A stretch of 59,879 bases of DNA from Bacteroidota bacterium (GCA_031409815.1 JANNXV010000086.1:1-59879); one strand, 5' to 3'; shown: positions 1 through 10,781, numbered from the stretch's first letter. Translations and numbers: made by a program. Notes: generated by a model not told the origin, from the sequence alone.

Positions 1-13
1 ACTAAATTTTAAT

Positions 14-1333
14 ATGAAAAAATATTTTACAGCGTTACTGATTGTTTTAGTTGTGATTTCATCGCAACTAACTGCTCATTCAAACAATCGATTCATTGCT
101 CATAAAAATCAAGAGGGTTATGTCGATGGTGCAGTTAGCAAGCAAAATGGTATTAATAAGAGTACGGCTGCAATTGATGTTCAAGTAGGGGCAATAAGTC
201 CAAAAGGTACAATGCTTTCGTGCCAGAGTTATACTAATATAACTGTTTATGTTGAAATCGAAAATGTGGGACAAAGTCCAATTTTTGATATACCCGTAAG
301 TTATTCTTATGATGGGACATCTCCTGTAAGCGAAATTTGCCCCGATACGGTAGCACCTTTAAGTAGTAAGACTTATTCATTCATAACAAAAGTTAATCTT
401 GGATTTCTTGGTTATCATTCGCTGATGGTATGGTCAGCTCTTGCAGGTGATTTGAATCAAAATAATGATACCACAAATGCAGCTATTAGTTTTCTTTCCG
501 GTATTAGCGGGACAGTACCCTTCATCGAAGATTTCGAAACTTTTGGTTTATGCTCCACAGCAAGTGATTGTGAAGTAACGGTGTGTGGATTGCTAAACGA
601 ATGGATGAATGAGGAAAGTGGTGTGATTGATGATATTGATTTTCGCACAAATGCTGGTGCCACACCTTCTACATCTACCGGGCCAACAAACGATCATACT
701 ACCGGCACCAATATCGGAAAGTATATGTACCTTGAACCATCCGGTGCCTGTACACTTAAAACAGCGCTTCTTACCACGCCATGTCTTGACTTGACTTTAC
801 TCACTACACCACAGTTGACTTTTTGGTATCATATGTATGGTGCAGATATGGGCGAGTTGCATATCGATATTTATTCTGGTGACAAATGGACACTTGATGC
901 AATACCTCCAATTATTGGTGACCAGGGAAATAACTGGTATAAAAAGGTAGTGTCGTTATCGACTTTTGCAACCAATGTTGTTAACATACACTTCAGAGGA
1001 ATTACAGGAGTTGACTATAGAAGCGACATAGCCATCGATGATGTTAGCATTGATAATACAACAGGCTTAAACGAAAACGAGTTTGGAGGAAATGTGATGG
1101 TATACCCAAACCCTTCTAACGGAATTTTTAATATTGTGATGAACGATATTAAAAATGAAACATTAAGTATTCAACTTTATAATGTGGAGGGTAAATTGTT
1201 GCAACAGAACAATGTGGAAGTTTCTAATAGCTATAAAACAATATTAGATATGCGTAACTATTCAAAAGGAATTTATTTTCTGATGATTAGAAGTAACTCC
1301 GGTGTAAAGCGTTTTAAACTTACCGTGATTTAA
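14..1333 (+). CDS. T9SS-sorted secreted protein with CARDB/Ig-like and MAM domains
   Basis: Signal peptide; Ig-like segment (VEIENVG...DLNQNND); MAM-like motifs (TGPTNDHT, GKYMYLE, LTFWYHMYG, GDQGNNW, DIAIDDV); C-terminal YPNPSNG...SKGIYFL...FKLTVI T9SS type A domain. Confidence 0.8.
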   Translation: MKKYFTALLIVLVVISSQLTAHSNNRFIAHKNQEGYVDGAVSKQNGINKSTAAIDVQVGAISPKGTMLSCQSYTNITVYVEIENVGQSPIFDIPVSYSYDGTSPVSEICPDTVAPLSSKTYSFITKVNLGFLGYHSLMVWSALAGDLNQNNDTTNAAISFLSGISGTVPFIEDFETFGLCSTASDCEVTVCGLLNEWMNEESGVIDDIDFRTNAGATPSTSTGPTNDHTTGTNIGKYMYLEPSGACTLKTALLTTPCLDLTLLTTPQLTFWYHMYGADMGELHIDIYSGDKWTLDAIPPIIGDQGNNWYKKVVSLSTFATNVVNIHFRGITGVDYRSDIAIDDVSIDNTTGLNENEFGGNVMVYPNPSNGIFNIVMNDIKNETLSIQLYNVEGKLLQQNNVEVSNSYKTILDMRNYSKGIYFLMIRSNSGVKRFKLTVI

Positions 1334-1410
1334 TCATCTCAAAATTTAGTATATCCCCAGCTGCTTCGTTGGTAGAGTTTTAATTATAATCTCTTTAATT
1401 AGTAAATATT

Positions 1411-3159
1411 TTGAATCGAGTATCGCTATTTGTAAAAATAACTGGCCATTTATTTTTCTTAGTGCTGTTTGTTTTTTCGATTTTGTTTTACAAAGAGCGA
1501 CACGCATTTGATGCTGCACATTATTTATTTGAAATAATTAACCGCAAAGGGTTTTATATTGCACATGGAAGGTTAATCGGTTTCGTGTCGCAGGTTTTAC
1601 CCTTGATTGGTATTTATGCAGGTGCTAACCTAAAATCGTTAATGTTGTTATATAGCTGTGGTGATGTATGCTATTATTATTTATTGTTCTTAGTGGCAGT
1701 ATATGTTGTGAGAAGTCAAACGGCCGCTGTTTCAGTTTTGTTATTGGTTTGCCTTGCAGTTAAGTTTAGTTTTTATTGTCCGGTAACTGAGTTATTGCAA
1801 GGATTAGTGCTGCTTCCGTTTCTTTATGAAGCATTGATGCAGATGAAGCGATTTAAATATAATCTGATTCCGTTGCTACTTTTGCTGATTATTTTTTCGC
1901 ATCCTTTGTTATTTATTCTTGCTGGCTTTGTTATCATTTGGTTTATTGTTCAGCAAAACGAAATTTTTTTTTCTAAACAGAATTTATTTCTAATTAGCAC
2001 ATTTTTAATTATTACTGTGGCAAAATTTTTAGTGCTTGATAAATACGATTATCAAAAATCTTTTTACCCTGTGGTGTTCAACGATTACAGTAATGTGAAT
2101 AATGTTACCGACTTTGATTTTATAGTTTCTTTTCTCAAGGTTTACTTTAAAGAAAATTTCCTGATCGGTATTTTATGGATAATCACACTGGGGATATTGT
2201 TTATCAAAAGGAGAAATCTTCAATTGTTAATGGTGTTTTTTGCTCCTGTAGCATTTCTTTTATTGATAATTATTACCCATCGTTTCACTGCTATCACCAA
2301 TTACAGTGAGCGAATGTTGTTGCCTTTTGCAGGGATGATTATTTTATCTTTTTCAGTATGTATACAAGAGGTGAGGACTGTATTCGCAAAAAATATTTTA
2401 TATGTATTCATAGGCATCTCACTTTGCTTACGTATGTGGATTATTTATGAGGCATCGTTTCTATACACCAAAAGAGTTGCACAGATGGAAGAATTGATTC
2501 GCCAGGCACATTTGCAAAACACTTCAAAGTGCATTGTAGATGAACGCAATCTTGAATACCTTCCTTATGCATTAACCGGATGGAGTTATCCATTGGAAAG
2601 TTTATTGTTGTCCTTGCTAAATCCTAAGGATTCTTCTGTAACTATTGCATTAAAAGAGGAACATTACAATCGTTTTAAAAAACGAAATTTAGCAACAAGG
2701 GAAGTATACAAGACGCAAGATTCCATCATTAGTAATTCGAATTTAAATGTGGATTATTTTAGATTGCCGTTAACCAACTATAAATTCTTAAACACAAGTT
2801 GCTCCAATCAATCAGTAGTTAAACCCACCATTGAATTACAATTTTTCAATTCGAAATTCGTTCGGTCAGAAAATGGCTTTTGTTTTATTGAGTCGAGTAT
2901 AGTTAATCAAGGTGGTGTTATATGCAGCAATGTGGATAGTGGATATCAAATCCAATTAGATGCAATAAGTATAAACGATTCAGCTTATCGCGATAGCCGG
3001 TTAATCCCATTTCAGATTGATGTAATAAATACATTGAAACAGGATGTTATTTTTAATAATTATGGCATGAAAGGAAATTGGAAATTAACAGTTTCAGTTG
3101 TTGATGAGCATAAGCAAACAGTATCAGCTCCTTTTATAGTTACAGTAAATATTAAATAA
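1411..3159 (+). CDS. Polytopic membrane protein of unknown function (GT-C-like topology possible)
   Basis: 582-aa ORF with TTG start, ~10 hydrophobic segments followed by a soluble C-terminal region. Confidence 0.55.
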   Translation: MNRVSLFVKITGHLFFLVLFVFSILFYKERHAFDAAHYLFEIINRKGFYIAHGRLIGFVSQVLPLIGIYAGANLKSLMLLYSCGDVCYYYLLFLVAVYVVRSQTAAVSVLLLVCLAVKFSFYCPVTELLQGLVLLPFLYEALMQMKRFKYNLIPLLLLLIIFSHPLLFILAGFVIIWFIVQQNEIFFSKQNLFLISTFLIITVAKFLVLDKYDYQKSFYPVVFNDYSNVNNVTDFDFIVSFLKVYFKENFLIGILWIITLGILFIKRRNLQLLMVFFAPVAFLLLIIITHRFTAITNYSERMLLPFAGMIILSFSVCIQEVRTVFAKNILYVFIGISLCLRMWIIYEASFLYTKRVAQMEELIRQAHLQNTSKCIVDERNLEYLPYALTGWSYPLESLLLSLLNPKDSSVTIALKEEHYNRFKKRNLATREVYKTQDSIISNSNLNVDYFRLPLTNYKFLNTSCSNQSVVKPTIELQFFNSKFVRSENGFCFIESSIVNQGGVICSNVDSGYQIQLDAISINDSAYRDSRLIPFQIDVINTLKQDVIFNNYGMKGNWKLTVSVVDEHKQTVSAPFIVTVNIK

Positions 3160-3169
3160 TAAAAACAGT

Positions 3170-3949
3170 TTACTCTTTTGCAATAGGATTTACTAAACCT
3201 TCATAACTTTTTAAATCCATTTTTACAGAACCAACAAATAATTCGGCTTCGGCACGAATCGGAATTCTGTTTTTATCATCAGTTATCCAAACGGTCATTC
3301 CTTCTTTTTCTTTAAAGACGCGTCCTTCCAATAACATTGGTCTAAAGGCAATACATCTGAATTTCCCCTTTGCTGTTTTAATGGTTTCGCGACCGATAAA
3401 TTTTATGGTAAGCGGAAACGTTTCGTCATCAAGATAAGTGTGAATTACAAACGTATCACCAGGGGCAGCTTTGGAGAAATCAATAGTTCGTGCATAATAA
3501 AAGGAGGAAACCAAATCCTGAACATGACCAGGTGTGGCAATAGTTTTCTTTTCGCTGGTAGCTGTTTTTTTATAATGATTGAAACTTACATTTTGGTTAA
3601 TAGTATATCCGCCTTCATTAACTCTTCGGATAAACAACCACGGCACTAAAGCCTGAGTGTCAATATAACTTTCGTAGCGATCGCGAACTTTAAAAAACCA
3701 GTCGAATGCTCCCATCGATTTGCCGGTTCCGATTACATGATAACAAGTGCGGCCACCAAATTCTTTATAATCCTTACTTACTTCTAAACGTGCTTCACCG
3801 GCATCAATAAATCCGTAGTGAACTCTGTACTCTAAAATTTCTCCAGGTGCAAAAGCAGCGTTTTGAATAGATGGTAAAGCAGCTTGTGACAATGCACTTG
3901 AAACTGCAATAAAAAAGGTGAATGCAGTAACAATAGAATTTTTCATCAA
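3170..3949 (-). CDS. DUF3108 domain-containing secreted protein
   Basis: Signal peptide; GEILEYRVHYGFIDAGEA, FFKVRDRYESY and WITDDKNRIP motifs typical of DUF3108. Confidence 0.85.
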   Translation of the reverse strand: MMKNSIVTAFTFFIAVSSALSQAALPSIQNAAFAPGEILEYRVHYGFIDAGEARLEVSKDYKEFGGRTCYHVIGTGKSMGAFDWFFKVRDRYESYIDTQALVPWLFIRRVNEGGYTINQNVSFNHYKKTATSEKKTIATPGHVQDLVSSFYYARTIDFSKAAPGDTFVIHTYLDDETFPLTIKFIGRETIKTAKGKFRCIAFRPMLLEGRVFKEKEGMTVWITDDKNRIPIRAEAELFVGSVKMDLKSYEGLVNPIAKE

Positions 3950-3953
3950 AATA

Positions 3954-4634
3954 TTAACTTTCGTTTTCTTCTTCGTTTTGCAAATGCTGTTCCACTTCTT
4001 CTCTACCTATAGCAGTGGTGTTGTTTGCTTCATCTAAAGGTGCACTTTCTTCATCTGCCGGTAAATCATCAACAAGGTCTCCCGGAGTCCCTATTTCATT
4101 TTCAGCAAGGTGCAAATCTTTTAATTTGGGCAAATCCTTTACTGATTTTAAACCAAAATGATCCATAAAATTTTTGCTGGTCGCATAAATTAATGGCTTA
4201 CCTGGTGTGTCGGCTTTGCCATCAATAACAATTAATTCTTTCTCTAACAATTTCTGAATACTATAGTCGCAATTCACACCACGTATGTGTTCAATTTCTG
4301 ATTTAGATAACGGCTGTTTATATGCAATAATGGCAAGTGTTTCCAAAGCGGCTGTTGACAAACGTCTTTTTGCTTTTATCTGCAGCAATGTATTCACTGC
4401 ATTGTGATATTCTTTTTTTGAGAGGAACTGAAATCCATCTGCTATTTCTACAATCTCAAAAGAATAATCATCATGATTATACTTTTCTTTTAATTCAGCT
4501 ATCACTTCAAGGATTTCTTTTTTTGTAAGATCCCATTCGTAAACTGTTTTTAAACAAGAAATAATTTCTTCTGCTGTAATGGTTTGCTCAGCTGTAAATA
4601 TGAGCGCTTCGATATGTTGTTTTAATAATTGCAT
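3954..4634 (-). CDS. scpB: SMC-Scp complex subunit ScpB
   Basis: IEALIF, LSTAALETLAIIAYKQP, IEHIRGV, PGKPLIYATS, FGLKS..DLP motifs. Start moved to ATG at 4634 because the upstream extension lies in an intergenic repeat. Confidence 0.93.
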   Translation of the reverse strand: MQLLKQHIEALIFTAEQTITAEEIISCLKTVYEWDLTKKEILEVIAELKEKYNHDDYSFEIVEIADGFQFLSKKEYHNAVNTLLQIKAKRRLSTAALETLAIIAYKQPLSKSEIEHIRGVNCDYSIQKLLEKELIVIDGKADTPGKPLIYATSKNFMDHFGLKSVKDLPKLKDLHLAENEIGTPGDLVDDLPADEESAPLDEANNTTAIGREEVEQHLQNEEENES

Positions 4635-4643
4635 TTGTTTTTT

Positions 4644-4738
4644 GTAGGGAGTTTTTAGTAGGGAGTGGGGTTGGTAGTGAGGCATGATGTAAGCATTAAA
4701 TTATAGTGCCCTACTCCCTACTTCTTTCTCCCTACTTC
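4644..4738. repeat. Inverted pair of degenerate 7-nt tandem repeats in the leuS-scpB spacer
   Basis: Left arm gtaggga-gttttta-gtaggga-gtgggg; right arm ctactcc-ctacttc-tttctcc-ctacttc (reverse-complement related). Confidence 0.7.
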
Positions 4739-4739
4739 T

Positions 4740-7628
4740 TTATATAACGATATTTACTATTCTTCCGGGTACTATTATTATTTTTTTTATTTGATCGCCA
4801 TTTAGAAACTTTGACATTTCGGGTGATGAGATAACTTGTTTTTCTATTTCTTCTTTATTGAGCTGAAGCGGCATGGTTAATTTGAAACGTACCTTACCAT
4901 TGAATGAAACCGGGTATTCAAAAGAGTCTTCTACCAAATACTGCTGGTTCCATTTTGGAAATTGTGTTTTGGTAACGCTTTCTTTGTTTCCTAATAGGTT
5001 CCATAATTCTTCAGCCACATGTGGAGCATACGGTGAAAGAATAACTGCCAATGGTTCCAATATCGCACGTTTGTTGCACTTCAAATCGGTTAGTTCATTT
5101 ACGCAAATCATAAATGTGCTTACGGATGTATTGAAGGAGAAACGCTCAATATCTTCCTCCACTTTTTTAATGGTTTTGTGCAATGTTTTTAATTCAGCTG
5201 CTGTTGCAACTTCTCCACTAACTTCAAATTCGTTCTGCTTATTGTGATATAAGCGCCACAGCTTGCGGATAAAATTTGAAACACCTGAAATGCCATTGGT
5301 GTTCCAGGGTTTGCTTTGTTCTAACGGACCAAGAAACATTTCGTAGAGGCGCAAGCAATCTGCACCGTAATCTTCAACGATCTTATCAGGGCTTACAACA
5401 TTATGCTTTGACTTTGACATCTTTTCAACTTCACTTCCACAGATATACTTACCATCATCCTCAGTGATAATAACTGCATCTACAAATTCCTCACGCCATT
5501 TTTGAAAACCTTTAATGTCTAAAATATTATTATCAACTAAGTTAACATCTACATGAATTTGACTTATGGCAATTGCATTGTCCTTCAAAATGTCTTCGAG
5601 ATTACAATAGCCAGGGATTTTACTATTAACCTTTTCTAATAACTGCTGAGTGGTAATTTTTTGACTTACATAATCTGCGACAATTTCTTTTGAAATAAAA
5701 ACTGGTCTTGCAGAAGTTATTACCACCTTTAATGGTAAAAGCCTGTATGCAAAGGCAGACACTCCCTGAATCATACCTTGGTTAATCAACTTCTTTGCAG
5801 GTTCTTGTTTTGGAATGTATCCTAAGTCAAATAAAAATTTTGTCCAGAATCGAACGTACAATAAATGTCCGGTTGCATGTTCTGCGCCACCTAGGTATAA
5901 GTCCACATCTTGCCAGTAATCAGCCGCTTCTTTTCCTACAAAGGCACTTTTATTATTTGCATCCATATATCGCAAATAATACCAGCTTGAACCGGCCCAA
6001 CCAGGCATTGTAGTGGTTTCGTAATTCCAATCTTTTGCTCTTGCTAAAGGTGGCTCACCTGTTTCAGTAGGTAAAAACTTATCTACTTCAGGCAACACTA
6101 ATGGAAGTGCTTCTTCCTTCATCACGCAAGGAACTCCATCGTTATAATAAACAGGAATGGGTTCACCCCAATATCGTTGACGACCAAAAATGGCATCACG
6201 CAAACGGTAATTAGTTTTTCCTTTACCAACTCCCAACTTTTCAATTTCCTTAATCGCAGCCTTTATTGCCTCGCGACCAGTAATTCCATTTAAGAAACCT
6301 GAGTTAATCATCAATGCATCTTTGGTTGCATCTGCGGCTTCACTTATATCAACATCTTTATTAATTGGAATGATGGGCAAATTAAAATGCTTTGCAAAAT
6401 CCCAGTCGCGCTGGTCGCCTGCTGGCACAGCCATCACAGCCCCGGTTCCATATCCGGCCAATACATAGTCGCCTACCCAAACCGGAATTTTTTCACCGTT
6501 TAAAGGGTTGATTGCATATGCGCCTGTAAACTGACCAGTGATACGTTTTACCTCACTCATACGTTCACGTTCACTTCGGTTGCGCGCATAAGTAACGTAC
6601 TCATTAACTGCATTCCGATATTCGTCAGTGGTTAGCTCATTTACCAATTCATGCTCAGGGGCAAGTGTTAAAAAAGTTACTCCAAATATGGTGTCAGGGC
6701 GAGTAGTGAAAACTTCAATTTCAGCATTCGAACCTTGAACTTTAAATTTTAAACTGGAGCCTTCACTTCTGCCAATCCAGTTTCGTTGTGCTTCTTTAAT
6801 GGACTCAGACCATTCTATTCCTTCCAGGTCATTCAGTAAACGATCAGCAAAAGCGGTTATGCGTAGACACCATTGACTCATTCGTTTGCGTTCAACAGGG
6901 TAACCACCACGCTCACTCACTCCATCTTTCACTTCTTCGTTGGCCAGCACAGTGCCAAGTTGCGGGCACCAGTTAACCATAGTATCGCCCATGTATGCCA
7001 GTCGAAATTGTTGCAAAACATTTTCTTTGGTTGAACTTGAAAAGTCTTTCCATTCTTGTGCAGTAAATCCATCGTGATAAATTTCAAGATCACCGGTTAG
7101 AATGTCATCTGATGTTCCTTTGAAACCGTTTATTTCAAAACAGTTGATCAGTGTACTAATGTTCTCCGCTTTGTTTGTTTTTTTGTTGTACCAAGAGTTG
7201 AACAACTGAATAAAAATCCACTGAGTCCATTTGTAATATTGAGGGTCGCTAGTTCTAACTTCTCTGTCCCAATCGAAACTGAAACCAATTTTATCTAATT
7301 GCTCCCGGTATCGGTTAATGTTTTGCTCAGTGGTGATGGCAGGATGCTGACCGGTTTGAATTGCATATTGTTCGGCAGGTAATCCAAAGGCATCATAACC
7401 CATAGGATGTAAAACATTAAACCCTTTTAGTCTTTTGTATCGGCTAAAAATATCGGAGCCTATATAACCTAAAGGGTGCCCTACATGTAACCCCGATCCG
7501 GAAGGATAAGGAAACATATCCAGTACATAAAACTTAGGTAGTGAAGTATCCAATACGGTTTTATACGATTTGTGTTCACGCCAATAGTGTTGCCACTTAG
7601 CTTCTATCTCTCTGAAATTGTATTCCAC
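4740..7628 (-). CDS. leuS: Leucine--tRNA ligase
   Basis: [15 protein letters not shown] (HIGH-like), KMSKS, TTRPDT and GTGAVMAVP editing-domain motifs; GTG start. Confidence 0.98.
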   Translation of the reverse strand: MEYNFREIEAKWQHYWREHKSYKTVLDTSLPKFYVLDMFPYPSGSGLHVGHPLGYIGSDIFSRYKRLKGFNVLHPMGYDAFGLPAEQYAIQTGQHPAITTEQNINRYREQLDKIGFSFDWDREVRTSDPQYYKWTQWIFIQLFNSWYNKKTNKAENISTLINCFEINGFKGTSDDILTGDLEIYHDGFTAQEWKDFSSSTKENVLQQFRLAYMGDTMVNWCPQLGTVLANEEVKDGVSERGGYPVERKRMSQWCLRITAFADRLLNDLEGIEWSESIKEAQRNWIGRSEGSSLKFKVQGSNAEIEVFTTRPDTIFGVTFLTLAPEHELVNELTTDEYRNAVNEYVTYARNRSERERMSEVKRITGQFTGAYAINPLNGEKIPVWVGDYVLAGYGTGAVMAVPAGDQRDWDFAKHFNLPIIPINKDVDISEAADATKDALMINSGFLNGITGREAIKAAIKEIEKLGVGKGKTNYRLRDAIFGRQRYWGEPIPVYYNDGVPCVMKEEALPLVLPEVDKFLPTETGEPPLARAKDWNYETTTMPGWAGSSWYYLRYMDANNKSAFVGKEAADYWQDVDLYLGGAEHATGHLLYVRFWTKFLFDLGYIPKQEPAKKLINQGMIQGVSAFAYRLLPLKVVITSARPVFISKEIVADYVSQKITTQQLLEKVNSKIPGYCNLEDILKDNAIAISQIHVDVNLVDNNILDIKGFQKWREEFVDAVIITEDDGKYICGSEVEKMSKSKHNVVSPDKIVEDYGADCLRLYEMFLGPLEQSKPWNTNGISGVSNFIRKLWRLYHNKQNEFEVSGEVATAAELKTLHKTIKKVEEDIERFSFNTSVSTFMICVNELTDLKCNKRAILEPLAVILSPYAPHVAEELWNLLGNKESVTKTQFPKWNQQYLVEDSFEYPVSFNGKVRFKLTMPLQLNKEEIEKQVISSPEMSKFLNGDQIKKIIIVPGRIVNIVI

Positions 7629-7648
7629 CGCTCAAAAATTTTGAGGCA

Positions 7649-7656
7649 CGAAGATA
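7649..7656 (-). promoter_or_regulatory. Putative Bacteroidota -7 promoter element for leuS
   Basis: TATCTTCG on the minus strand, one mismatch to TAnnTTTG, ~20 nt upstream of the GTG. Confidence 0.5.
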
Positions 7657-7665
7657 AGGAAATCA

Positions 7666-7770
7666 GTGTTGAAGTATAGGAGTATTAGGGTGTTGAAGCC
7701 GGTTTTTTCTTAATTATTTTAGTATCTCAATATTTTATCTCAACTCTTCTACTCCTCAACACTTTAACAC
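7666..7770. repeat. Inverted pair of degenerate 8-nt tandem repeats between leuS and ftsX
   Basis: gtgttgaa-gtatagga-gtattagg-gtgttgaa versus ctcaactc-ttctactc-ctcaacac-tttaacac. Confidence 0.65.
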
Positions 7771-7781
7771 AAATAACTTTA

Positions 7782-7789
7782 TATTTTTG
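7782..7789 (+). promoter_or_regulatory. Putative -7 promoter element for the ftsX operon
   Basis: TATTTTTG matches TAnnTTTG, 20 nt upstream of the ATG. Confidence 0.6.
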
Positions 7790-7809
7790 CCGCTCATTCT
7801 CAACATCAA

Positions 7810-8682
7810 ATGGCTGAAAACACACGACTGGTTCGTAAAACACATCGTTCTTCTCGAATTTCTACCATTATCAGTCTTGCTTTGGTGCTATTCTTATTAG
7901 GGATTTTGGGTGTTTTGCTATTGCAAGCGAAAAAAATATCGAATTACGTACGTGAAAATATTGAGCTTTCAGTAATACTAAACGCTGATGCAGATAGTGC
8001 CTCAATTGCTCAATTGCAAAGCGTAATAGCAAACTCCCCTTATGTAAAAGATAACCGGTTTGTTAGTAAAGAGGAGGCCGCTTTGTTACTTAAAAAGGAT
8101 TTAGGGGAGGATTTCATTAACTTTCTAGGGTACAATCCGCTTTTCCCTTCCATCGATGTACACATAAAGGCTGAATATGCTGAACCGATCACCATTAAAA
8201 ACTTTATTCAGTTAATTTCAACTAATCCTGTAATTAAGGAGGTCTACTATCAGCAATCGTTAGTGGATTCAATCAATAGAAATCTGCGTATCATGACGCT
8301 TATTATCCTTTCGTTCAGCTTTTTGTTACTCTTGATTTGCATTGCTTTGATCAATAACACTATTCGAATTGCGTTGTATGCAAAACGATTACTGATTAAA
8401 AGTATGCTTTTAGTTGGAGCAACAAAGGGTTTTATTCGTAAGCCATTTATCACCAAAGGACTTATGAATGGTTTATATGGGGCACTTGTAGCATTAGCGC
8501 TACTTGGGGGTTTGATGTATTTTGCAATGCAACAAATTCCGGAACTTTCAATGCTGAAAGATTTTCAAACCATGGCAATTATTGCTGCAATACTAATCGT
8601 TTCAGGCATTGTTGTTTCTGTATTAAGTACTTTGTTTGCAGTTAATAAATACCTACGTTTGCGCACTGACGATTTATTTTAA
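7810..8682 (+). CDS. ftsX: Cell division permease-like protein FtsX
   Basis: ISLALVLFLLG TM helix, FVSKEEA, FLGYNPL, LINNTIRI, MLLVGATKGFIRKPF. Confidence 0.92.
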   Translation: MAENTRLVRKTHRSSRISTIISLALVLFLLGILGVLLLQAKKISNYVRENIELSVILNADADSASIAQLQSVIANSPYVKDNRFVSKEEAALLLKKDLGEDFINFLGYNPLFPSIDVHIKAEYAEPITIKNFIQLISTNPVIKEVYYQQSLVDSINRNLRIMTLIILSFSFLLLLICIALINNTIRIALYAKRLLIKSMLLVGATKGFIRKPFITKGLMNGLYGALVALALLGGLMYFAMQQIPELSMLKDFQTMAIIAAILIVSGIVVSVLSTLFAVNKYLRLRTDDLF

Positions 8683-8709
8683 TCTTCAATATTTGTATAT
8701 AGAAAAATC

Positions 8710-9003
8710 ATGGCAACTACTAAATCCAAAGCACCTGCTCCTACTAAAAGTACCGCGGCACCAAAGCAAACAGTTTTAACTGGTGATGCAGCATTCGCCT
8801 TTGGCAGAGAGAATTATATCATCATGTTAGTTGGATTGGCAGTTATTATTCTAGGATATATGCTAATGTCAGGCGGGAAGAGCACCGACCCCAATGTTTT
8901 CAATGAAGAAATTTTTAGTTTCAGAAGAATTACACTTGCTCCAATTGTAGTTTTGTTAGGCTATAGCATTGAAATATATGCTATTGTAAAAAAAGCGAAA
9001 TAA
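8710..9003 (+). CDS. DUF3098 family membrane protein
   Basis: FGRENY, GYMLMSGG, FNEEIFSFRRITLAP; usual position between ftsX and uppP. Confidence 0.88.
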   Translation: MATTKSKAPAPTKSTAAPKQTVLTGDAAFAFGRENYIIMLVGLAVIILGYMLMSGGKSTDPNVFNEEIFSFRRITLAPIVVLLGYSIEIYAIVKKAK

Positions 9004-9009
9004 TTCCGA

Positions 9010-9804
9010 ATGAATTTGATTGAAGCCATACTATTGGCTATAGTAGAAGGAATCACAGAATTTTTGCCTGTTTCCTCTACTGGTCATATGATCATTGTTT
9101 CTTCGCTTATGGGAATAGCAGATAATCCATTTACAAAAACTTTTACAGTTGCCATTCAATTAGGTGCAATTTTATCGGTGGTAGTCCTTTATCATAAACG
9201 GTTTTTTCAGAGCATAGATTTTTATATAAAACTGATAGTTGCTGTAATACCTGCCCTTGTATTAGGGTTTTTATTAGATGATTATATTGATGCTTTGCTT
9301 GGCAATGTTTTGGTGGTTGGATTCACACTTTTTGCTGGTGGTGTATTCTTGGTGTTTATGGATATGCTTATTAAAGAAAACAAAACTGAAAATGATCAGG
9401 AAATCACCAACTCCAGGGCTTTGAAAATCGGGTTTTTTCAGTGCATAGCTATGATACCGGGTGTGTCGCGTTCGGCAGCCACAATTGTTGGAGGATTATT
9501 GCAGAATCTGAATAGGAAAACAGCCGCAGAGTTTTCTTTTTTTCTGGCAGTGCCAACCATGTTTGCCGCCACCGCCTACAAGATTTTAAAATTTTATAAG
9601 GAAGGAATCGGTTTTCAAGGCAACGAGATTAGTTACCTGGTAGTGGGCAATATTGTTGCTTTTATAGTTGCTATGTTGGCTATTAAATCATTTATCGGAT
9701 ATATTACAAAACACGGATTTCGAGTTTTTGGTTATTATAGAATCGTTGTTGGACTCATCATTATTATTTTGGTAATGTTTGGGGTTGACCTGAAAGTAAT
9801 TTAA
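9010..9804 (+). CDS. uppP: Undecaprenyl-diphosphate phosphatase
   Basis: [38 protein letters not shown] motifs. Confidence 0.96.
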   Translation: MNLIEAILLAIVEGITEFLPVSSTGHMIIVSSLMGIADNPFTKTFTVAIQLGAILSVVVLYHKRFFQSIDFYIKLIVAVIPALVLGFLLDDYIDALLGNVLVVGFTLFAGGVFLVFMDMLIKENKTENDQEITNSRALKIGFFQCIAMIPGVSRSAATIVGGLLQNLNRKTAAEFSFFLAVPTMFAATAYKILKFYKEGIGFQGNEISYLVVGNIVAFIVAMLAIKSFIGYITKHGFRVFGYYRIVVGLIIIILVMFGVDLKVI

Positions 9805-10520
9805 TGATGAATCCTTTTGATGAAGGAAAGGTTTTACTTTTCAATAAACCTAAAGACTGGACATCATTTGATGCTGTAAAAAAGGTGAGAAACCTGTGTC
9901 GTACAAAAAGAGTAGGTCATGCAGGCACATTGGATCCATTGGCAACAGGTTTGCTTATAATTTGCACTGGTCCAAAAACAAAACAAATTCAGTTTATTCA
10001 GGCTGATGAAAAGGAATACACCGGCAGTTTTTTTTTGGGAGCCACTACAGCATCCTATGATTTAGAAACCGAAGTTGAAAAAACTTTTGATATCAGTCAA
10101 CTCAATGATTCAAAAATCAGAGAAGCAACACTCCAGTTTACGGGTACTATATTGCAAACGCCTCCGCTTTATTCTGCCGTTAAAGTAAATGGTCAGCGTG
10201 CTTATACCATTGCTCGAAAAGGAGGTGATCATGTACTTGATCCAAAAGAAATCACCATCACCAAATTTGAAATAACCAATATCCAATTACCTGCTGTCGA
10301 ATTCAGAGTAGTATGTAGCAAGGGAACTTATATTCGATCGCTTGCCAATGATTTTGGCAAAGCTTTGGGTGCAGGAGCGTATTTGCAAGCGTTATGCAGA
10401 ACCAGAATTGGCGAATATTTATTGAAAGATGCTTGGGAAATAACAGATTTTGCTGAATCGGAGCTGGTTAAGGAAGCCAGGATAGAAAAAAAGAAAAATG
10501 ACGAAAACCAGCAGAAATAA
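9804..10520 (+). CDS. truB: tRNA pseudouridine(55) synthase
   Basis: VGHAGTLDPLATG, PPLYSAVKVNG, CSKGTYIRSLA. Confidence 0.96.
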   Translation: MMNPFDEGKVLLFNKPKDWTSFDAVKKVRNLCRTKRVGHAGTLDPLATGLLIICTGPKTKQIQFIQADEKEYTGSFFLGATTASYDLETEVEKTFDISQLNDSKIREATLQFTGTILQTPPLYSAVKVNGQRAYTIARKGGDHVLDPKEITITKFEITNIQLPAVEFRVVCSKGTYIRSLANDFGKALGAGAYLQALCRTRIGEYLLKDAWEITDFAESELVKEARIEKKKNDENQQK

Positions 10521-10548
10521 AAAAAGTCCCAACTATTGTCGGGACTTT
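10521..10548. terminator. Intrinsic terminator hairpin between convergent truB and tRNA-Val
   Basis: aaagtccc-N10-gggacttt inverted repeat preceded by an A tract (U tract on the minus strand). Confidence 0.75.
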
Positions 10549-10549
10549 G

Positions 10550-10624
10550 TGGGAGCTACAGGGTTCGAACCTGTGACCCTCTGCTTGTAAGGCAGATGCT
10601 CTGAACCAGCTGAGCTAAGCTCCC
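10550..10624 (-). tRNA. tRNA-Val (anticodon TAC)
   Basis: Reverse complement GGGAGCTTAGCTCAGCTGGTTCAGAGCATCTGCCTTACAAGCAGAGGGTCACAGGTTCGAACCCTGTAGCTCCCA folds as a cloverleaf; GGTTCGAA T-loop; CCA not encoded. Confidence 0.97.
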
Positions 10625-10668
10625 TTAAACTATTTCTGACCCGTGAGCCAGTTTTTTTATTGGGGGTG

Positions 10669-10699
10669 CAAATATAGACAGGTGAAGCATATATCCAAA
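10669..10699 (-). promoter_or_regulatory. Bacteroidota sigma-A promoter for tRNA-Val
   Basis: TTTG-N19-TATATTTG on the minus strand, a full match to the -33/-7 consensus. Confidence 0.75.
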
Positions 10700-10781
10700 A
10701 AACAAACTGGAATATTTTAAGTATCTATTTTAATGAATGCCTATTAATGCTTTTTGGTGTCCTAAATCGATTATTTATTGT

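Noticed and set aside
10550-10624. tRNA-Val as an integration site
   Set aside because: No duplicated 3' tRNA fragment or integrase seen; flanks are core genes
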